A stretch of 64,000 nt of DNA from Convolutriloba macropyga (Eukaryota), in the NCBI RefSeq assembly GCF_964194025.1, contig NC_134473.1, positions 58,528,001 through 58,592,000 on the forward strand. The letters are read 5' to 3'. The notes beneath the pieces were generated by a model. It did no database searches and was not told the origin of the DNA. It saw only the letters and a list, made by a program, of their open reading frames with translations. Positions 1-12,332 of this stretch are shown here, piece after piece. The position numbers and the translations under genes are program-made. Within the stretch, counting starts at the first letter, position 1. Every line of letters starts with the position of its first letter.

Positions 1-39
1 CTATAAAAAAAGAAAAACCAAAAAAGTATGAAAGCTTAT

Positions 40-555
40 CGACATAGCAACAAAACGGCTTACGATAGAAGTCGAAGTTCGGAACGCATCCTTCCTGCAA
101 AAAATATTGAAAATCAAATTTTCTCCCTTCATTTCGATCACTCGATATGAAGACATGTGGAATCAGTCGGCAAAGTCTCGGAATACAACAATAGTTTGGA
201 GTTCGGATACCATATGCTTCGCAACTGCATCGTACCACCATATGATACGCACTCCCAGAATGCCTCGTAATGCCCCTCCAATAGTCATCGATTTCTTGTC
301 GAAAAGGATGTGAGACAATTCTCAATTATTTGAAGACAATTGCACTGGTCGACACATTTGCAATTGTTCCGCAAAGAAACGACGACTTGCAATTGAACGT
401 TAAAAAAGGCTACTCACGAACAAATGATTCAGTTGAGAGCCGAATAGTATCCAACGCTGGCACATTGATCCAGAAACTTAAAGAAGAGCAGGAAACTCAT
501 AAAGTGATGCAAATTCACTGCAACCAGAACCGGCATCACAATATGACCGATTAAT
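40..555 (+). mobile_element. Degenerate Mutator-like (MULE) transposase fragment
   Basis: Broken frames give SLHFDHSI*RHVESVG (cf. CxFHF.Q..WR.VQ.LG) and SRTNDSVES...TLIQKLKEEQ (cf. RTNN.VE...LI..LK.EQ). Confidence 0.45.
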
Positions 556-1052
556 TAAGAACATAATTAAGAACAGTTATACTACAAAAAACTAACAGAC
601 CTCGATAATGTTGCTCTGAACGATTTTTCTCAGTAATTCAAATAGGTTTTTCTTGCTTCAATATGTATATTTCAAATGACAGAAGCAATTTGATTAGTAC
701 AAATGTCGATCAAACTTTTTATTTTCCTTTTCTTTCATTTCAAATCGCGTTTTCGTGTATTAAGTGTAAACACTTCGCCTATTTTCTGATCAGATCGGAC
801 CTCATTTTAACTTTGCAGAAAATTTTGGGTATTTTGGCATCTATTAATTAGTGTCATTTGACTGCAATTGAGAGGCTAAATTCGATCGAAAAAGATCAAG
901 AACTCAATCCAAAACTGGTCAAATTGGTCACAAAAAAAGTATTGTTTAAAAAGACACACGAATACAAGATTTGCTTCGCACTTATTTCGAGAACAACTAC
1001 AACATTTACATCAAGAAAGTGCCTAAATACCTCCTCGCTTGTCGCCACTTAC

Positions 1053-1169
1053 CTGTGGCTACCTTTGTACTGACACGAGGATAAGGTGTACTCTTCCTTG
1101 AGGCCATTTGGTTTAGCTTGGGAGATGATTTGTCCGATGAATCATCCGAACTGTTCTTTCCTCTGTCTC
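1053..1169 (-). CDS. Probable exon 3 of the REDIC1-like gene: DRGKNSSDDSSDKSSPKLNQMASRKSTPYPRVSTKVAT
   Basis: tattcag acceptor and perfect GTAAGT donor; 117 nt, phase 1-1; open, Ser-rich frame. Confidence 0.62.
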
Positions 1170-1532
1170 CTGAATACAATGACCCTTCGGATTGAAATGT
1201 TGACTCAAATTCTCTATTTTATCTAACATTGGCAACTCTTATAACTAGTTTATGGGAAGTTTAAAGGAAAAAGGCGTAGAAATTTCCTACAGCCGTTATT
1301 AACTGCAAAACTGCTGTAATACAAAATAGCGTTTAGTCAATATCATCATTTTTATTCAATCACGGAGTAAATCAGAAATGCTTCACAAAATCATAGCATC
1401 ATCTTCTCAAGAAAAACACCAAAAACGAAATATGCTTATTAGTCGCGCAGTTTTCAGGTTATTACATGAAAACACTTAACTCCAAACTAGTGATACTGGA
1501 TACTATATAAATGGTAAACAAAACAATTCTAC

Positions 1533-1608
1533 CTGAATACAAAGAAGCCACTTTGTTGGCAAGCGTGAAGGGAGTTTCAAAGCGAGGAATCGTCACCGTT
1601 TGTTCCTT
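1533..1608 (-). CDS. Probable exon 2 of the REDIC1-like gene: KEQTVTIPRFETPFTLANKVASLYS
   Basis: tttgctttag acceptor and GTAGAA donor; 76 nt, phase 0-1, fits exon 1. Supported by splice logic only. Confidence 0.6.
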
Positions 1609-1999
1609 CTAAAGCAAAAATTTCTATACTTCTATTGGTTATGACAGCTTTTATCACTTTTATCATCGCATTTATCACGGAACAACTCAATATTCAACCC
1701 ATATTTGATAAAAATGATTATGGATAAATTTATTCATTAGCCAAATTCGGGGATCTTTAAGAATTGAACTTTATCGACTGCAACGAAACTTCATTATTTA
1801 TAGGAGGGAAAGACCTGGGTCCAGAAAATATGCAATAAATTATCGATACAGTCGAAAGTGGTCATAAATACATGTTGAGTATCAAAATTTAGTGAGATTC
1901 CAAATCACCTTCAAAGGTGTTTCAATTGTTGAATCACTCACTCCGACGCGCAATAATTAATTCTCATATCTGACAATATTGAGTAAAATACTTACATTA

Positions 2000-2730
2000 T
2001 ATACAAAAACAGCACTTATTCCCGAGCGAACATTGCCCGCACAATTAAGAAACCGATATTGAATGCGTCTTCAAAATTAAAAATAAAACAGCCCGTGCTA
2101 TTATGTGCGTAAAAAATTGATTTTTCAGAAAACGTTTCCTTTTGGTATTAGATTACATATGTTTGCCAACTTGAAAGACATACAAAAACTTAGAAAGTTT
2201 TTGTTCAACGGGAACGCCCAAGAGCTGATTGAAATTTGAGAAATTTGAACGAAGATTCAAGTTTTGGTTTAAATTTTTGTCAAAAGAAGCTAACTTCTTT
2301 TTCTAGAAACTTTCTTGTAGTTGGAAATAGATAGCTGAAACTCAGTTTTATTTTCAATAGAGGGGTTTTTCTGGTATAAAGCCTTTCTCTCTTCCGGCGA
2401 TATCGTTTCAGAAATCCCAGCTCTTCGTCAGAATGGACAGATCATTTGTTTTAGACTGCGCGTTTCATTGGGGACAGCCTCCTCTACAGCCGCGGAAAAT
2501 GTGTCGAGTAACAAATTTGCTAAGTCGTTAGGGCAGTGAATGTGATGATTCAAGCAGAGAGGTAATTCAACTGCATTGTTAAAAGCACTCCAATCTGTTT
2601 TATCAAAATTTTTCTTGTGGCTGGTTCACAATTTTTGGGTTTGGATAGGGAGGATATTCTGAACTTGATAAGTTTGTGATCAGAAAACGAAGCGTCATGC
2701 AATATAATCTCTCAACTACAGCTACCTAAA
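2000..2730 (-). mobile_element. LINE ORF2 fragment (end of APE endonuclease plus linker)
   Basis: Minus strand near 2700 reads HDASFSDHKLIKF (APE SDH motif), followed by decayed linker. Boundaries approximate. Confidence 0.55.
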
Positions 2731-5559
2731 TCAGAAATATCAAAGAAAAAAACTACAGAAAAAGCTTTTTAAAAAGCAGATAATTTTAGTTGAGGGGTGT
2801 GGGCAGGTAGGGGCTGGTGGTGGCTTGTGTGAGAGGGAGTAGGTGGGGGTACGAAGCCTCAAATAATTATACCATGCAGATTGCTGGAAAAAAGCCACCT
2901 TTGAATCAAATATCCGCGACTGGTATTAAAAGAAAAGAAAAAATGAAAAACTAATTGTTGAGCAAAAAGAAAAAAAAATTTGAAGTGATAACCAATTTTG
3001 ATTTCATTTCGTTGTTAGACATACTCCTGCTTCTGAAGGAGAGGATATAGGGGCTAGTATCAATACCAATAAGCATAAGAGACGGTAACTAAGACTTAGG
3101 AACAAAGCTAACCAAGGAACAAAGTTCAAGTAGCTGGCATTTGAAACTGGGCTTTAAGGGTTTATATCATTTCTAATTCCGATTTCGTTTTTGATAGTGA
3201 TTCTGCTCATTTTAGATTGCTTCGGTGGGCAATTGATGTTTAAAATTTAGATTGCTTCGCTGGGCAATTTCAGATTGGTTCGCTGGGCAATTGCTCATTT
3301 TTCTCAGAATGAGCGAAGAATGAAACTAGTCTAGAGAACTCAAAGAGATCTCATGCAAAATCACAAAAAAACGGCAAAATGAGGTGGTTAAGTGAAACAA
3401 GTATTTATTCAACGAACTAAAATAGGAGCACAATTTGAGCCTAATGAGATCATAATGACGGCTATTAAAGAGGACAAAGTCATTTGCCTGAAAAACTATA
3501 GAAAACCTTTTGATAAATTCAGACAACTTTTAGTTAGGGGTGAGGGTAAGTGGGTACGTAGGTTTGAGTGGGCGCTCCTAAGGTTAGGGCGAGGACTAGT
3601 TGAGGAGTCACGGGGTGCAGTTATGTAGGCAATTTGGTGGGGTGCTTGGTAGGTGTGCTTGGGTGTGTTGGGAGGTGCTGGGAGGGTAGGTAGGTGGGGC
3701 TGTTTGGTAGTGTGGATATGACTGTTGCGGGAAAAAATGTTCTGGAAATGTTCTTTCAGCCTTGAAAATTACCAGCAGTTCCCAATTACTAAATATTAGA
3801 ATTGCAATTACTACTAAAATCCAATGTTCTAAAACAGAAGTCAGGGTTTTAAAAATAAAGCCAATTTTCGAAATATGGGGCAAATACTGACGGCTAGGGG
3901 TTTTTAGTGGATTGCATGAGGGATAGATAGGTAGGTTTGGGGTAAGTAAGTGGTGGATACTGAAATTTGGGGTGGAGGTAGGTCATAGTGGTAGGTTGCT
4001 GAGAGGGGCGGGGTCAATAGGATGGGGGAGGGGTGGATCCACTGCGGAGGAAGGAGGGTTAGGTAGATGGGGTGTCTCTTATTTGAATAATGAGGAAGGA
4101 CTATAAAGGAAAAATCAATTTCAAAATAACCTTTTGACCTTGAATTTTTCATGCAGTTCCTAATTACTATGCACTGTAAAATAAGCCACTGTTCAAGTCC
4201 AAAGTTCGAACAAAGAAGACAGTCTAAGTCAAGGAAAGGTTTGCTTCAGATAATACCAAGGATCATAATACCAGATAATACTGTAAAGTACCACGGATAT
4301 TTTCCATTTGCGCCCTCCTTGCTTAGTGGGTGAAAAAAATTTGCACCCCACGATGCGCGTGCCATATCTTACACAATGGTTTACTAAGTAACGGCGCGTT
4401 CTCTGTAATTGGGGGTTGGCAAAACGGTCTGCACTGGAGGCAGCAACAGAAGAAATTCGATACTAATAATTCTCGAGTCGAAAAAATCGGTAGAATACCA
4501 CTACTCCTCTTTGAGAGGAAGAAAAACTGCAGATGATTACCAATACTCCTCTTCGAATCGTGAAAAACGTGTTAACATAACCTCATACACTTTTTTCTAC
4601 CAATAGATCTGTCAACAAATAAGTTCTGATAGAAAATATGTCCCAACTGTTAAACCTATTAATAATTCAAAAAATAGAACGGACATCTCCGAGAACTGCT
4701 GTTATTTTAATTCAAAACTAGCTTGAAAGGTTCAGAATACGGCAGTAGTCATCAAACAGCCATGAGTCGAACAACTATTATATCAAAACGTTCTTAACAT
4801 CCCTTGTGAGCTTCTAAAGATTCTAATCCGTGAATTGAACTAAATTAGCTTGCTGTCACTATTTTCTGCTCTGGCTTACTCGATCCCATCATTACAAAAC
4901 TAGCAGGCCCGCAAAACTATAAGAAAAACGTTTACACGAATAGAAGGTTTAAAAGAAAGTAAGATTTCTGTTTCGCACCGACTCGGACACGAGCCCATGC
5001 CTCTCGTTCATCAGCCATAGATCTCATCACAAACGCTAACTATGCGTATTGCACTTGTCTTTTGCTTTTTCTACAGCAAATTTCTAGACAACGGCGTTTG
5101 TGGCTTGCTTGTTTTTGCTATACCGCATGCTTATTGAGCGCAAAAAATGTGCAAATTAGGAGCTTAAATATCATGGTAAATCGCGTCTCAAAACGCATTC
5201 ATTATGCTAGGTTGCATGACTACGGAACCCTAAAACATGTTCCAATAGAAGCGCTGTTAGCCATTCGGTTCAATTGCGACTGATATTTAAAATAGTAGAA
5301 AAAGATTAGACACAGACTAAAACTGCTCAAAACTTAAATTCATAGCTCTTTTATGGATAATGGTAATAGAACCGCAAATTAACAGCTACAAAATAAAATT
5401 CAAACTGTGGGTATCCTGTGAAAGACAGAGACAGTTGTTTGACTTTTCCATTTCAGTCTGTTTAATGCTCTTGATATATCCTGTTTTGGCCTCTCGTTTC
5501 CTGGACGACTTGCTTGACTATGCTCAACTGGTTTTTCTGATAATTAAATTTGAGAAGGA

Positions 5560-5775
5560 AAAATAGAGCAGGAAACAAAGGGAAAGAGAGAGAGAGAGAG
5601 AGAAACGCAAAGATAGATAGAGAAACAGAACGAAGGAAAGGGGGAGAGAGAGAGAGAGACAGAGACAGAGAGAGAGGAAGAAACAGAGAGAGAAACAGAA
5701 AAAAAACAAAGAAAGAAAGAACGAAAAGGAGAGAGAGAGAGAGAAGGAAAAAACAAAGAAAGAAGAAAGAGTGAG
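5560..5775 (+). repeat. GA/purine-rich low-complexity tract with (GA)n runs
   Basis: Directly visible. Confidence 0.95.
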
Positions 5776-5924
5776 AAAAATGTTTTCTCTAATATTCGTT
5801 TAGAACCATAAAAGTAACGGGGGAAAATTCCATTGGTTTTTACAAAAAAACCACCGTCAAAAAATCGAAAAACCAAAGAAAAGACCATGAGACTGGAAAG
5901 AAGAATTGCTACAAAGAGAAAACA

Positions 5925-7295
5925 ATTAACATTTTTCATTCCCAAAACACAAACACAGGATCATAAACCATCTCGCGTCGCAAGAATTTCTCTCGGTCGC
6001 CAAACGGCATTTTGTTGATTAAAAATTTTCAAGTCTAAAAAATCGAAAGTGCCCGACACGGTTTTGAACCCCCGACCCTCAGAATAGAAGAACGCCATCT
6101 CACCAACCGCGCTATAACAACTAAAGACCACCCTTTCCCATAATCGAGTTTATTTATATCGAAAACATATTACAGATTGAGAGCATTTGGGATCACGCAA
6201 AAAACAAGAAGTGGGGCGTAAGAAAATAGCGGAAAGCTAAGAGAGTTCTATAACAGTACACAATCTGTACAGAATTTGTGAAGCTTAAACTTTGCAAAAA
6301 AACTCGTTTACAACAAATACTTGAAACTTCGTTCGGTAGCATTAAAAATCAAGTAGTAAATGCTCCCTCTGGCTAGCACATTCTCTAGCTCTCATAGTCT
6401 CGGGGTAAGTGCACCTGACTAATAATCTTTTGACCCAGGCTCGGTTCTCACCTATCTATTTTGAGCATTTTAGGTCATTGACCTCTCTCGATACGTTCGC
6501 TAAACCATGCTTTTAAATCTGGCTCTTAGACAATGCACTTCGAGAGGCCACTTAAACATACAAAAAGTTTGTCCCATTTTTGAGCTCACACGTTTAATGC
6601 ATAGGATAGGATTACAATTTTTCATGCCCCAAACACACAAACAGGAACATACACAGACTCGCGTCGCAAGAATTGCTCTCAAACGCCAAGCAACTTATTG
6701 TTGAAGAAATTTTTATGTCTGCAAAAGGGAAGGTACCCGATAAGGTTGCGAACCCTCGACCCTCAGAATAGCAGTCGTCCATCTTACCAACTGCGCTATA
6801 ACCACTACAAACCACACTTTCTCATCATCGCTTTTATTTTATCAATGAACATATTTCAGATTGAGAGCATTAGGGACCATGGAAAAATCAAACAGTTAAG
6901 CGGAAAAAACTTAGTTGAAAACTAAGAGTTTTCCAAAATAGCGCAGAATCTGTAAAGCCAACACTTTGCAAAAAAAACTTTTACAGAACATATTTCCTAA
7001 AATCGTTCGGCAGCAATTAAAAAACACGGAGTACCCAGGACAGTAAATCCTGCCTCTGAGCGAGCATACTTTCAAGCCCTCATAGCCGCGTGGTAACTTC
7101 ACCTGACTAACAGCCTTTTGTCCCGTTCGGTTCTCACCCATCTACTTTAAGCATTTTAGGTCACTGACCTCTCTCGATATGTTCGCTTAACCATGCTTTA
7201 AAATCTGGCTTTTAAACATGCGCTTCGAAAGGCCACTTAAACACCAAAAAGTTTTATCCCATTTTAGAGGTCATGAGTTTAATATATAGGTGTAA
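5925..7295. repeat. Diverged tandem duplication, about 680-bp unit x2
   Basis: Shared anchors ctcgcgtcgcaagaatt (~5972/~6658), gaccctcagaatag, and gacctctctcgata..ttcgct (~6480/~7167). Confidence 0.9.
6050..6122 (-). pseudogene. tRNA-Lys(UUU)-derived pseudogene/cassette; second copy at 6734..6806
   Basis: Minus strand TAGCGCGGTTGGT (A box)...TCTGAGGGTCGGGGGTTCAAAACCGTGTCGGGCA resembles the tRNA-Lys 3' half. Anticodon arm is destroyed; a T-run follows. Confidence 0.6.
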
Positions 7296-7425
7296 ACTGT
7301 GCGCGTAAAGTGCCAAGGGTGACTATATATATACCAGAAAAAAGTCTTTTGCACTGACATCAATAGTAAACCCCCCCCCCACCCCCACCGGAAAACAAAT
7401 CTTATTCGGGCCAGACTATAATTAC

Positions 7426-7872
7426 CTCGGGGCCGGATCTGAACAATTCCAAGCCATTCCTCTTCGGCAATGGAGTCTTGGTCAGATCACCGTACTTGTA
7501 GTCTTCAATTATTGACGGCTCCCTTCGTTTCCGAGTAGCCGAAGCAAATCGTCTGTCCTCACTACCAGCTGAGGAGTACAACGTGATTCCTTCAGATGAA
7601 TTCGGTAGATTTTCTGTCGAAATGTTGGCCAACAACAGATTGAAAACGTCGACACCAGTTTTCGGAGTTGATGCTGGTAACTTCCCAGATTTTCCATTTT
7701 TAGCAACATTTCCAATAAGTGACAGAGACTGTTTGCGATCGCTCATTCGACTTGATTGATTCGGCAGCGGAGTTCGAAATTCGTTAATTTTGAGTCGGCG
7801 ACAACCTTTGAAGTTCTTCTGATTACGGTCACCGACCGAAACGCGTGTCCTCGACCCACCAACCCAATTCAT
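7426..7872 (-). CDS. REDIC1: First coding exon of a likely REDIC1/C12orf40 (DUF4552) homologue
   Basis: N-terminus MNWVGGSRTRV resembles vertebrate C12orf40 MNWVGGSRSRV. A second block GVDVFNLLLANIS resembles SLDILNLYMVNQIS. GTAATT donor after 447 nt (phase 0). Confidence 0.7.
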
Positions 7873-8278
7873 TCCGAATAACCCGTTTCTCTTGATCGTC
7901 AGGTTAATTGATCAATCGAAATTTCTAAGATATGCTAAAATCTGATTAGTTACTGAAAAGGATCACAATAACAAGGTAGTGTTTTTAGCGTTGTAACACC
8001 ACGCAGTAAAAGTTAACTAATCAATTGAGTTCCAGCCCTGAACAACTAATTTAACATATTCGTCACGCGGCTAGATAGAAACTGATAATCATCACATAGA
8101 TGAAATGCGCAAAGAAAAGAACAAAATGACACAATTCTTCAGCTGATAACAAAAACACAAATTACAGCTAACTAAAATTTAAGCAAGAATGTAACTAATA
8201 TGTAAGTATGAGCATTTCTGCGGTTAGATTTTGAAAGGTATTTCGGTGTTGAAAGCAGATAAAGGTTGACATCGGCTG

Positions 8279-8376
8279 TTATGCTGTTATTTTTAGGTAG
8301 AATTGATTGAAGTTGAGTTTGAGGAGGAAGTTTTCCAGGTGGGGTTGGTATCCATTGTCAGCCAATGATGACACCA
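8279..8376 (-). CDS. TUBGCP6: TUBGCP6 last coding exon: VSSLADNGYQPHLENFLLKLNFNQFYLKITA*
   Basis: Matches the GCP6 C-terminus GYQPHLEDFLLRINFNNYY. tgtttcag acceptor; phase 1 matches the exon ending at 20975. Confidence 0.93.
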
Positions 8377-9265
8377 CTGAAACAGAGACATCGGAAGTGT
8401 TCACAGCCTTCACTCTCATTAATATTGTATAGCTACATGCAATTAAACAGAGACTCCAAGTATGCGACCGCACGTTCACCGTATATCAAATCATATGGCT
8501 TCAAATTTTGTCTCGATCAAAAATTTGCTACATGCATTTATAATTTCATAAATTACGACGTCCTTTAGGTTTTGTAGGGAAAAGTAACGAACGCATTTTT
8601 TTTCAAATTATTTTTTGAATTTTTTTCAGATAAAACTGAGTTCTCCTCTAGTCAATGAGAACCGTTAAACGTCAACAAAAATCGTGAAAACAATTTGACC
8701 TCAGCGCCATTTGAAAATATAACCAAATTGCAGTTAATAATAATAAAGAACAATTTACGAGAAAAATTTAGGACCAAATTGATTAAATTAAAATGCCCAA
8801 AAATTTTTGTGTCGCTATTTTCACAAAACCAGTCGATTGCCAAAAAAACAGCCGACGTTGACTCGCGTGAAGTCCAATGAATCATACACAAAAAGAAAAC
8901 GCAATTGACTAACGCCGGGTAAATTCCTCTCAAACGATTGGCAACCGCTTGGCCTTGTCAGTAGCTGCAGCTTAGGGAGGCTAGCTTTAGCTTAATTGAA
9001 GGATGGGTGAGTATGGTGAAGGTGGTAATCTCGGGGAAGGGGGCACATGAATTTATGCCTCCAAATCAGTTTCGGTGAATTACATAATTAGAGAATAGTA
9101 ACATAGAGGGTATACTCGTATACTTAGAGACTACGCCATCCGGGTTTTAACAGTGTATCTCGTGTTTGAGGAAGAAAGTCAAACGGTCAGACATAAAAAA
9201 CGACGAAATCATAACGAAATTACGGTATTACAAAAATTCGCATAAAAAGGAACCAGCAGGACTAA

Positions 9266-9673
9266 AACATAACCGATTAAACGTCGGAAGAATTGCTCTT
9301 GAACGACTAGTGGGAGCTCTAATCAATTGCAGCCTGCTTTAGTCGGGGGGGGGAAGCTTAAATGGGACTAAGAAGTTCTCTAGTGGGCTTCAAATAACCA
9401 CATTAGAGGTTAACATATACCACTATTAAGATTTAGTAAAAAATGACACCAGTTTCGGCGCACTTTTCATTTGACTTTTAGTATTAAATTGCCGCCAATT
9501 GAGTTCAGTTGCTTGAAATTGTGATTGAGAAAGAATTTTAGATCACGCGAAATGCAAAAAGTCAAGGGCGCAAAAGTCACTCGAAAAGTCAAAATTGTCG
9601 AGCGAAAATTTTGCATAAAAAAAGACACACACGTTTACAATAATTGCTATGAACTACATTCAAGAGCAATTAA
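9266..9673 (-). mobile_element. HINE/DINE-1-like element, family B
   Basis: Sub-terminal inverted repeats aattgctcttgaa / ttcaagagcaatt, a hairpin beside one subTIR, a partial IR (aattgct) beside the other, AA/TT flanks. Confidence 0.75.
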
Positions 9674-9674
9674 A

Positions 9675-10388
9675 AACATACCCGGCAGATTGCCGGAAAA
9701 TAGCCGCCGTTGATTCCAAAATGTTGAAAAGGCGGCAAAATGAGGTAAAGCGAAACATTTTTTTATTCGACGAAGTAAAAAAACATAGCAGGACAAGTCC
9801 TGACGTACAATTCAAAGAATTTTCATTGACTAAACGGAAAAAACTAGACCAAGAATAGACTATGAGTGACTTGAGAAAACCATTTTGAAAAAATCAGATC
9901 AAAAAATAAGAAAAAAAACAGAAAATCAATGTCAAAATGCCGCATGTGAACAAAAAAACCACTAGCGAGAAATGAAAATTCAATTTAAACAAAAAACTAG
10001 GCCTAGAATGAGCTGTGAATCGATTGGGAAAACCATTTAGAAAAAATCCGATCCAAAAAATCGAAAAAACAGTAAAAATCAGAGTGAAATTGCCGCATGT
10101 GAACAAAAACCACTCCCGAGAAACCGAATTTTTGTTCAAACACCGTTTTCTCACTCTACTTTAAAATTAGAGCGATAAAAATTCACGCCGCAAAACCACT
10201 CGCTTTTTCGCTCCATTTCCTGTTTCGGCGTGACCAAAATCACTACTCCAATTTGACTTCAAAAATCATGAAAATGTGTGAACAGATCTTAAAAAAAAAG
10301 ACAGCGCCCCAATACAATTCAAATTCTTTGAATTGTAAAAAATAGGAGCGCTATAATAGCCGGCTGAGAAGATGAGGGCGGCTATTAA
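9675..10388 (-). mobile_element. HINE-like element, family A1, directly abutting the family B copy
   Basis: Perfect hairpin ccggca-gat-tgccgg plus subTIR aatagccgcc; opposite end aatagccg...ggcggctatt-aa. Confidence 0.75.
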
Positions 10389-12332
10389 ACAATTGCTACA
10401 AACTTCCTTTGGAAGCAATTAACATAGTCGTTAGATTGGCGAAATAGCTGCGAAACAGACTTGCGTGATGTAGAATATAGATGGCAGAATATAGATGGCA
10501 ACAGAGGCAGAATTGAATTGATGTAGTTGCCAACCTTTTTAAAGACAAACGTTTTCATAGCCAAAAGTTCAAAATCGTTATTTTATTTTGTTGGCTTTTC
10601 ATTATCATTATTAGCATTGATCATTAAATGCGAGTTCTAAATTGCGCGACAAAATGTAAAACAAAAGAGCGTGTCAGACGACGCAACCAATATCACCTCA
10701 TTATAGCTACGCAGCTATAAAAACTCGGATTTTTAATAAAATATCAACAATTATTCTAATTATGTCGCGCAATTTTGTTCAGGGGACAACTATACTTTAA
10801 AACTCGCGCTTTCAAGCTAACGCAGTAATTACAATTTTTTTAATGTTTTTATTTGGACCTGAAGCACATTTACTATATTGCGTAAGTTTGTTGATTGAAT
10901 TCCATTCAGTTGAGACAATTAAAGAGGTGAGTCAAAGGGAGGTCGTCTAACCATTAGTCGTGAGTAATTGGACATCAAGTTGCAAGATCATTCAAATTCT
11001 ACGTAACTTTGGCCTTTGATCAAAAACGCTTGAGAACAGATTATTTGGTAGCTAACGCAATTCTTTTCAAACTGAATGTATGCCTTCCGAGCAATTTTCG
11101 AACACTCTGAGCTTAGAAAAAGACATATACTGACTTAGAATCCAAAATCGGACGCAGCCATTTGGATCAGAAGCTCAATCTCAGAGAACATAAAAGAACA
11201 CCCTTGCAAAATTGCATTGTATAATAAAAAAGGAATTAACGATAGTAGATTGAGCAGATGATGTGGCTATTGATCAGATCACCATATATCAATGCGAGTG
11301 AAAGAAAAGCTACAACCGCAGTCTATCTGTGCCCAGCTTACTTAAAAAACGACTACCTTCGAGTTGCTCAAGGTCCGTTCTATTGTAAATTACATCAGGA
11401 GAGGTGGCTGACTCTCGTTGTAAGAAAACATAGCGGACAGAGTGCCGGAATACCTGCAAAATAGATTTGCATGCCGTCTAATACATAAAGAAACAGATAC
11501 AGAGAAATAAGTTGTAAAGGTTATCGACGCCGCTCAAAAAACTATTTAAGAAACATTCAGTGATCCATTAAAAAAGCTTGTTAAAATTAATTCCACAGCG
11601 ATAAAATAGACAATCCTGTCATAATTAATTCCGCAGAAGCCTTTTCATTAGGGACATTTATTACACCTATAAGTTCCTTTGTCGTTAAAAAATGTCACTG
11701 ACATGACTTCTTTTTGTCGAAAACGAACGGAAGTGACTTTCGACAAGAGCCTCAAAACACAAAATACAATCATGCAAAACACTCGCAATCAAAGGAAACT
11801 AATTTATTTAATCTAAATCAAAATAACAAACAACATTTTTTAATAGCACTTTCGAACGATAACCCCCACCCAAATTAAGATGTTTTGATAACATATTTTG
11901 GCGCCCAAAATTTAAGCTTCAAAGCGCGAAGGTCATTTTTATCGAGTGAGGTAAGTCACGTATGATGAAAATCTAATCACGCAAATGAGCTTAAAAAACG
12001 TTGGCTAAAGAGAGTGAGAAATGACGTCACGAGCACAAATGCCGTTAGCTTGCTAGGTGAAATGTAAAACGAAACAGAGCGTTAGACGATGAAACAAGAA
12101 AACATAACAGGATAAGTCCTGATCTACAAATCAAAGAACTTTCATTGACTAAACAAAAAATTAGACATAGAATGGACTTAGAGCGTGGAAACCATATGTC
12201 GTGAGTGGGAGCTGTAAGGGACAGTCCGGCGTTTGGCTCGCCACTGACACCTGAATTAAATGTTTTTTTCATCTTATAATACCACAAAGGAAAAATGATT
12301 TAGTTTCGGCGCTACACAAAAGTTTACAAACA

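Larger units (their letters stand above)
4900..7338 (-). mobile_element. Putative non-autonomous Helitron
   Basis: 3' end ...ttttgcgggcctgCTAG|t is identical to the 3' end at 60965. Candidate 5' end TCTGGTATATATATAG at 7338 is less certain. Carries tRNA-like cassettes and a GA-rich tract. Confidence 0.5.

Noticed and set aside
5524-6018. SLSL / RERE ORFs (also 58561..59077)
   Set aside because: Translations of (GA)n microsatellites.
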